NCBI GenBank assembly: GCA_041906305.1
Contig: JAYRJL010000004.1
Location: 264,334-328,333 of the forward strand
Length of the DNA stretch: 64,000 bases
Source: Alphaproteobacteria bacterium
Lineage (GTDB): Bacteria > Pseudomonadota > Alphaproteobacteria > SHVZ01
Direction: 5' to 3'
Shown here one piece after another: positions 59,227 through 64,000 of this stretch; positions within the stretch are counted from its first letter, which is position 1, and each line of letters opens with the position of its first letter. The notes under the pieces were generated by a model that saw only the letters and a list, made by a program, of their open reading frames with translations, was not told the origin of the DNA and did no database searches. A program made the translations under genes and the position numbers.

Positions 59227-60677
59227 GCAATCTGATCAAGGGCGAGACCGGCGAGTGGGAGGTCGTGATCGGCCTCGAGATCCACGCGCAGGTGGTCTCG
59301 AACGCGAAACTGTTCTCCGGCGCCGCGACCGCGTTCGGCGCCGAGCCGAACACGCAGGTTTCGTTCGTCGATGCGGGCTTCCCCGGCATGCTGCCGGTGA
59401 TCAACCGCTTCTGCGTCGAGCAGGCGATCAAGACCGGGCTCGGCATCGAGGGCAAGGTCAACGAGGTCTCGGTCTTCGACCGCAAGAACTACTTCTACGC
59501 CGACCTGCCGCAGGGCTATCAGATCTCGCAGTACCAGCAGCCGATCGTCTCCGGCGGCACGGTCGTGCTCGACATGAAGGACGGCTCGACCCGGACGATC
59601 GGCGTCACGCGGCTCCATCTCGAGCAGGATGCGGGCAAGAGCCTTCACGACCAGCATCCGAGCCAGAGCTACATCGACCTCAACCGGTCCGGCGTGGCGC
59701 TGATGGAGATCGTCTCCGAGCCCGACATGCGGACGGCGGAGGAAGCCGGTCTCTACATCAAGAAGCTGCGCTCGATCCTGCGCTACCTCGGCACCTGCGA
59801 CGGCAACATGGAGGAGGGTAGCCTCCGCTGCGACTGCAACGTCTCGGTCCGCAAGCCCGGCCAGCCCTTCGGCACGCGCACCGAGACCAAGAACGTCAAC
59901 TCGGTCCGCTACGTCATGCAGGCGATCGAGTACGAGGCCAGGCGCCAGATCGAGGTGATCGAAGGCGGCGGCGAGATCAAGCAGGAGACGCGGCTGTTCG
60001 ATCCGGGCAAGGGCACGACACGGCCGATGCGCTCGAAGGAGCACGCGCACGACTACCGTTACTTCCCGGATCCCGACCTGCTGCCGCTCGAGCTCGATCC
60101 CAAGTGGATCTCCGATCTCAAGGACAAGCTGCCGGAGCTGCCGGATGCGCGGAAGGCGCGCTACATTGCCGACTTCAAGCTGACGCCCTATGACGCGGGC
60201 GTGCTGGTGGCAGAGCAGGAGACGGCGCAGTTCTACGAGACCGTCGCAAAGGGCCGCGATCCCAAGCTCGCCGCGAACTGGGTGACGACCGAGCTGTTCG
60301 GCGCGCTCAACCGCACGAACAAGGCGATCCAGGATTCGCCGGTGACGGCCACGGCACTCGGCGGGCTGATCGACCTGATCTCCGACGGCACGATCTCGGG
60401 CCGCATCGCCAAGGAAGTCTTCGAGGCGATGGTCGAAACCGGCAAGGAGGCTGCCGCAATCGTCGAGGAGAAGGGGCTCCGCCAGGTCTTCGACACCGGC
60501 GCCATCGAGAAGGCGATCGACGAGGTCATGGCGAAGAACCAGGACAAGGTCGCCGAATATCGCTCGGGCAAGGACAAGCTGCTGGGCTTCTTCGTCGGCC
60601 AGACGATGAAGGCGACCGGCGGCAAGGCCAACCCGGCCGTGCTCAACGATCTGTTGAAGAAGAAGCTGGCGGGCTAA
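59223..60677 (+). CDS. gatB: Asp-tRNA(Asn)/Glu-tRNA(Gln) amidotransferase subunit B
   Basis: 484 aa with a typical GatB N-terminus ([13 protein letters not shown]). Confidence 0.95.
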
Positions 60678-60688
60678 GGGGAAACACG

Positions 60689-61312
60689 ATGGCTGCCTAC
60701 ACGCTCTATGGAGTCGCTCTGTCGATCCCGGCCGTGAAGGTCGCGACCGCGCTCAACATGACCGGGCAGAGCTTCGACTATAAGCACGTCAACCTGCGCG
60801 GCGGCGAAGGCAAGACGCCCGAGTACCAGGCGATCAGCCGCTGGGGCCAGGTGCCGGCGCTGGTGCATGGCGATGTGAAGCTCGTGCAGTCGGACGTGAT
60901 CCTCGAATATCTCGGCGAGACCACGGGCAAGCTGTGGCCGTCGGATCGCATGGAGCGGTACCGCGCCAAGGAATGGTTCGCCTGGGAGCTCGACCTGCTC
61001 TATCCGGGCATCGCGCAGCCGCGCGGCATCAAGCGCTTCTCCGGCGGCGAGCCGGCCGCCGTGGTCGAGCACATGAGGAAGCGCGGCGAGCGCGCGCTCG
61101 GCATGCTGAACGACCATCTCGGCAAGGCCGAGTGGCTGGTCGGCAAGGCGGCATCGCTGGCCGACGTCGCGGTCGCGGTCGACTGCGCCTATGTCGACGA
61201 GGCCGATCTGAGCCTCGACGCGTTCCCGGCGGTCAAGGCGTGGGCGGCGAAGGTGGCGAAGCTTCCGGGCTGGAAGGCGCCGAAGGAACTGCTGCCGATG
61301 CCGGCGGCCTGA
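60689..61312 (+). CDS. glutathione S-transferase family protein
   Basis: 207 aa with a thioredoxin-like N-domain and a GST C-domain. Confidence 0.8.
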   Translation: MAAYTLYGVALSIPAVKVATALNMTGQSFDYKHVNLRGGEGKTPEYQAISRWGQVPALVHGDVKLVQSDVILEYLGETTGKLWPSDRMERYRAKEWFAWELDLLYPGIAQPRGIKRFSGGEPAAVVEHMRKRGERALGMLNDHLGKAEWLVGKAASLADVAVAVDCAYVDEADLSLDAFPAVKAWAAKVAKLPGWKAPKELLPMPAA

Positions 61313-61314
61313 GC

Positions 61315-62466
61315 GTGGCGCACGACCTCTCCAACCTTCACCCGGCGACGCGCGCGGCGCAGGCGCTGGGGCATATCGACGAGCAGACCGGCGCGATCAT
61401 CCCGCCGTTGCACACGGCGACGACGTTCGAGCGTGCCCCCGACCTGAGCTATCCGAAGGGCATCACCTACTCGCGCAACGACGGGCCGACCCAGTCGCTG
61501 CTGGAGAAGATGCTGGCCGATCTCGAAGGCGGCGCCGCGGCGATGACCTTCGCCTCGGGCATGGCGGCGATCTCCAACGTGTTCCTGGCGCTGCCGGTCG
61601 GCGCGCATGTCGTGGTGCCGCAGGTGATGTACTGGGGCGTGCGCAAATGGCTGCTGGAGCAGCACGCCGGCGGCCGCCTCGCGGTCGACTTCTTCGAGCC
61701 GGGCCCCACGTCGAACATCGGCGCCAAGATCAAGCCGGGCGCGACCAGGCTCGTCTGGATCGAGACGCCCAGCAACCCGACCTGGGACGTGACCGACATC
61801 GCCGCCGCGGCGAAGCTGGCGCACGACGCCGGCGCCCGTCTCGGCATCGACTCGACCGTGGCGACGCCGGTGCTGACGCGGCCGCTGTCGTTCGGCGCCG
61901 ACATCGTCATGCACTCGGCGACCAAGTACCTCAACGGCCATTCCGACGTGCTTGCCGGCTGCCTGATGGCGGCGAAGGACGACGAGTTCTGGAAGCAGAT
62001 CCGTTCGGTCCGCACCCAGCTCGGCGGCGTGCTCGGTCCCTTCGAGGCGTGGCTGCTGCTGCGCGGCGTGCGCACGCTCTTCGTCCGCGTCCGTCAGGCC
62101 TCGGCTTCGGCTCAGGCGATCGCCGAGCGCCTGAAGAAGCACCGCAACGTGGCATCCGTGCTCTACCCGGGCCTGCCCGATCACCCCGGCCACGACATCG
62201 CGAAGCGCCAGATGCAGGGCGGCTTCGGCGGCATGTTGTCGGTCCGCGTGAAGGGCGGCGAGGCGGCCGCGGTCGGCGTCGCCGCCCGGCTCAAGGTCTT
62301 CGTGCGCGCGACCTCGCTCGGCGGGCCGGAAAGCCTGGTCGAGCATCGCGCCTCGATCGAAGGCGCCGGCAGCCCGTGCCCGCCCGACCTTCTTCGTCTC
62401 TCGATCGGCCTCGAGGATGTCGGTGACCTCATCGGAGATCTCGAACAGGCCCTGGACGGCGTCTGA
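61315..62466 (+). CDS. Cys/Met-metabolism PLP-dependent transsulfuration enzyme (cystathionine gamma-synthase/beta-lyase family)
   Basis: GTG start 3 nt after the GST stop. PLP lysine in SATKYLNGHSD. Confidence 0.8.
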   Translation: MAHDLSNLHPATRAAQALGHIDEQTGAIIPPLHTATTFERAPDLSYPKGITYSRNDGPTQSLLEKMLADLEGGAAAMTFASGMAAISNVFLALPVGAHVVVPQVMYWGVRKWLLEQHAGGRLAVDFFEPGPTSNIGAKIKPGATRLVWIETPSNPTWDVTDIAAAAKLAHDAGARLGIDSTVATPVLTRPLSFGADIVMHSATKYLNGHSDVLAGCLMAAKDDEFWKQIRSVRTQLGGVLGPFEAWLLLRGVRTLFVRVRQASASAQAIAERLKKHRNVASVLYPGLPDHPGHDIAKRQMQGGFGGMLSVRVKGGEAAAVGVAARLKVFVRATSLGGPESLVEHRASIEGAGSPCPPDLLRLSIGLEDVGDLIGDLEQALDGV

Positions 62467-62899
62467 CATCGCCGTCAGGCGTGCGGAGCGCGAGGACGGG
62501 TCGCGTCTCGCGGACATCTTCCTTGTCGCCCGCCGCCATGCCTTCACCTGGTTGCAGCCGTCGCGCTTCAAGCTCAACGACTTCCGGCGCGAGACCGAGG
62601 GCGAGCTGATCCTCGTCGCGGAAGTCGAGGGACGGGTCGCCGGCTTCGCCTCGATCTGGGAGCCGGACGCCTTCATCCATCATCTCTACGTCGACCCGGC
62701 GATGCACCGCCGCGGCATCGGCCGCGCCTTGATCGCGGCTTTGGTCGAGATCTGCGGCGAGAAGATCCTCGAGCTCAAATGCCAGACCAACAACAAGCCG
62801 GCGATGGCGTTCTACCGGCGCCTCGGGTTCCAGACGGCGGACAGCGGCGTTTCCGACATGGGGCCGTGGATCCGCTATCGGGCGCCCTTCACGCGTTGA
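62417..62899 (+). CDS. GNAT family N-acetyltransferase
   Basis: Acetyl-CoA binding motif HRRGIGRALI...AFYRRLGF. The 5' end overlaps the upstream gene by ~50 nt; an alternative GTG lies at 62423. Confidence 0.75.
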   Translation: MSVTSSEISNRPWTASDIAVRRAEREDGSRLADIFLVARRHAFTWLQPSRFKLNDFRRETEGELILVAEVEGRVAGFASIWEPDAFIHHLYVDPAMHRRGIGRALIAALVEICGEKILELKCQTNNKPAMAFYRRLGFQTADSGVSDMGPWIRYRAPFTR

Positions 62900-62942
62900 C
62901 TCTCGTACCCCTCTCCTGGTGCGCAGCGACGGGGAGGGAACT

Positions 62943-63518
62943 CTAAGAGCGAGAGAGGAATACCCGGTCGAGCCTTCGTTCCATCTGCCGCAAGCGATCC
63001 CCGACATAGTCCTTCACCGCTTGGTCGTCGCCGCGCTTCCAGCGCCAGAGGGCGGCGGGCACCAGGGCGCTGACCATCACCTCGGTCGCCTGGCGGCGGC
63101 GGCCGGTCGCCTCGCAGGCAGCGGTGTCGAGCATCCAGTGCACGAGGCGGCTCAGGCTGAATGCCAGCGGCACCCAGTGGTGCGGATGCGAGGGGACGAG
63201 CTTGCCTCGGATCATGTCGAGGCTCGCCTGGCGATGCGGCGCCAGCGCGTCGAGCCAGCGACCGAAGACATGGGCCAGGCGGTCGGCGAAGGGGAGCGCG
63301 GGATCGGGAAGGTGCGAGAGCGTGTCGGCCAGCGCGCGCTGGAACCAGGCGTCGGCGATTTCGTCGAGGTCGTCGTAGTGCGCGATCACGAGGCCGGGGC
63401 CACCCCCGAGCCGGGCGCCGATCGCATGTGCCGTCACGTTGCGCCAGCCGATCTCGTCGGCAAGCGCCAGCGCCGCGTCGAGGACGTCGTCGGCCGTGGA
63501 GACCTGGGCCATGGACAT
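62943..63518 (-). CDS. TetR/AcrR family transcriptional regulator
   Basis: N-terminal HTH (WRNVTAHAIGARLG); 191 aa. Confidence 0.75.
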   Translation of the reverse strand: MSMAQVSTADDVLDAALALADEIGWRNVTAHAIGARLGGGPGLVIAHYDDLDEIADAWFQRALADTLSHLPDPALPFADRLAHVFGRWLDALAPHRQASLDMIRGKLVPSHPHHWVPLAFSLSRLVHWMLDTAACEATGRRRQATEVMVSALVPAALWRWKRGDDQAVKDYVGDRLRQMERRLDRVFLSRS

Positions 63519-63564
63519 GATCTGGTCACGTCCATGGCCCCAGGCAAGAGGTCAGCTCAAGAGG

Positions 63565-64000
63565 TCAGCCGCCGGCGGCCTTTTTGGCGAAGCGGTCGAC
63601 GAAGGTCTTCGGCAGGTCCTCGTCCTTCACGCCCTTGAGCTCGTCGTCGAACTCCTTGAGCATGCCGAGCGCGCTCTTCATGCCGTCGAGGGGGATGATG
63701 CCGGTGCGGGAATAGGTGTCGATCGACGCCTTGACCGCGCGGATGTAGAGATCCTTGTCGCCGAGGTAGTAGGCCTCGGGCACGGCCTTGGCGATCTCCT
63801 CGGGGCTCGCCTTGATGATCCACTGCAGCGCCTTGTAGTGCGCGTTGACGATCGCCTGGGTGGTGTTCGGGTTCTTCTCGATGAACTCGTTCTTCATGTA
63901 GACGACGGCGGCCGGGTTGGCGCCGCCGAAAATCGCCTTGGTGCCGGCCTCGGTGCGGGTGTCGGCGAGCACGACCACGTCGCCGTCGGACTCCAGCTTG
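63565..64000 (-). CDS. ABC transporter substrate-binding protein (NitT/TauT-like), C-terminal part; continues past window end
   Basis: The ORF 63565..63978 is open to the window edge; its sequence resembles NMT1/SsuA-type binding proteins. Confidence 0.6.
   Translation of the reverse strand, partial: KLESDGDVVVLADTRTEAGTKAIFGGANPAAVVYMKNEFIEKNPNTTQAIVNAHYKALQWIIKASPEEIAKAVPEAYYLGDKDLYIRAVKASIDTYSRTGIIPLDGMKSALGMLKEFDDELKGVKDEDLPKTFVDRFAKKAAGG

Overview
High-GC (~67%) chromosomal segment, most likely from an alphaproteobacterium of the order Hyphomicrobiales (Rhizobiales). About 65 protein genes are tightly packed; I found no rRNA, tRNA, CRISPR array or obvious mobile element. Most of the window is conserved housekeeping synteny:
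- a partial amidohydrolase and an alpha/beta hydrolase at the left edge, then an SDR oxidoreductase
- purF, cvpA and radA
- an mlaF/mlaE-like ABC transporter pair, then alr, dnaB, rplI, a DUF2232 membrane protein, rpsR and rpsF (one long minus-strand cluster)
- the fabD-fabG-acpP-fabF-mltG fatty-acid cluster
- a LysR regulator divergent from a PNPOx gene, rnd, and a TetR regulator
- argC, an aldo/keto reductase, a CapA-family protein and a PLP aminotransferase
- a PepSY/cytochrome b561/OmpR-type two-component/NHL cluster
- dinB, a ROK kinase, the cell-cycle divK-pleD pair, and a convergent rpmG (L33) that the supplied ORF track missed
- a lipoprotein S41 C-terminal processing protease
- rnr, topA, dprA, plsY, a dihydroorotase-like gene and pyrB
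- ruvX, gatCAB, a GST, a PLP transsulfuration enzyme, a GNAT, a second TetR and a partial substrate-binding protein at the right edge

The uncharacterised material that seems most worth follow-up:
1. Two tandem paralogous Ala-rich hypothetical proteins (42638-43895) sitting between rpmG and the S41 C-terminal processing protease.
2. Two tandem, translationally coupled PAS_5-like paralogs (45712-46849).
3. A ~890-aa secreted S8 subtilase whose catalytic domain is flanked by two copies of a ~100-aa 'GWWW-x3-EPG' domain.
4. A ~200-bp AT-rich island carrying TetR-operator-like palindromes.
5. An orphan ~330-bp intergenic region with a minus-strand intrinsic terminator, a candidate sRNA.
6. G/C-tract hairpin repeat elements (5638-5780, 1993-2066).
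7. A dihydroorotase-like gene that has lost the HxH zinc motif, likely a non-catalytic PyrC'.

Everything is inferred by eye from the sequence and the ORF translations. No database search was run.
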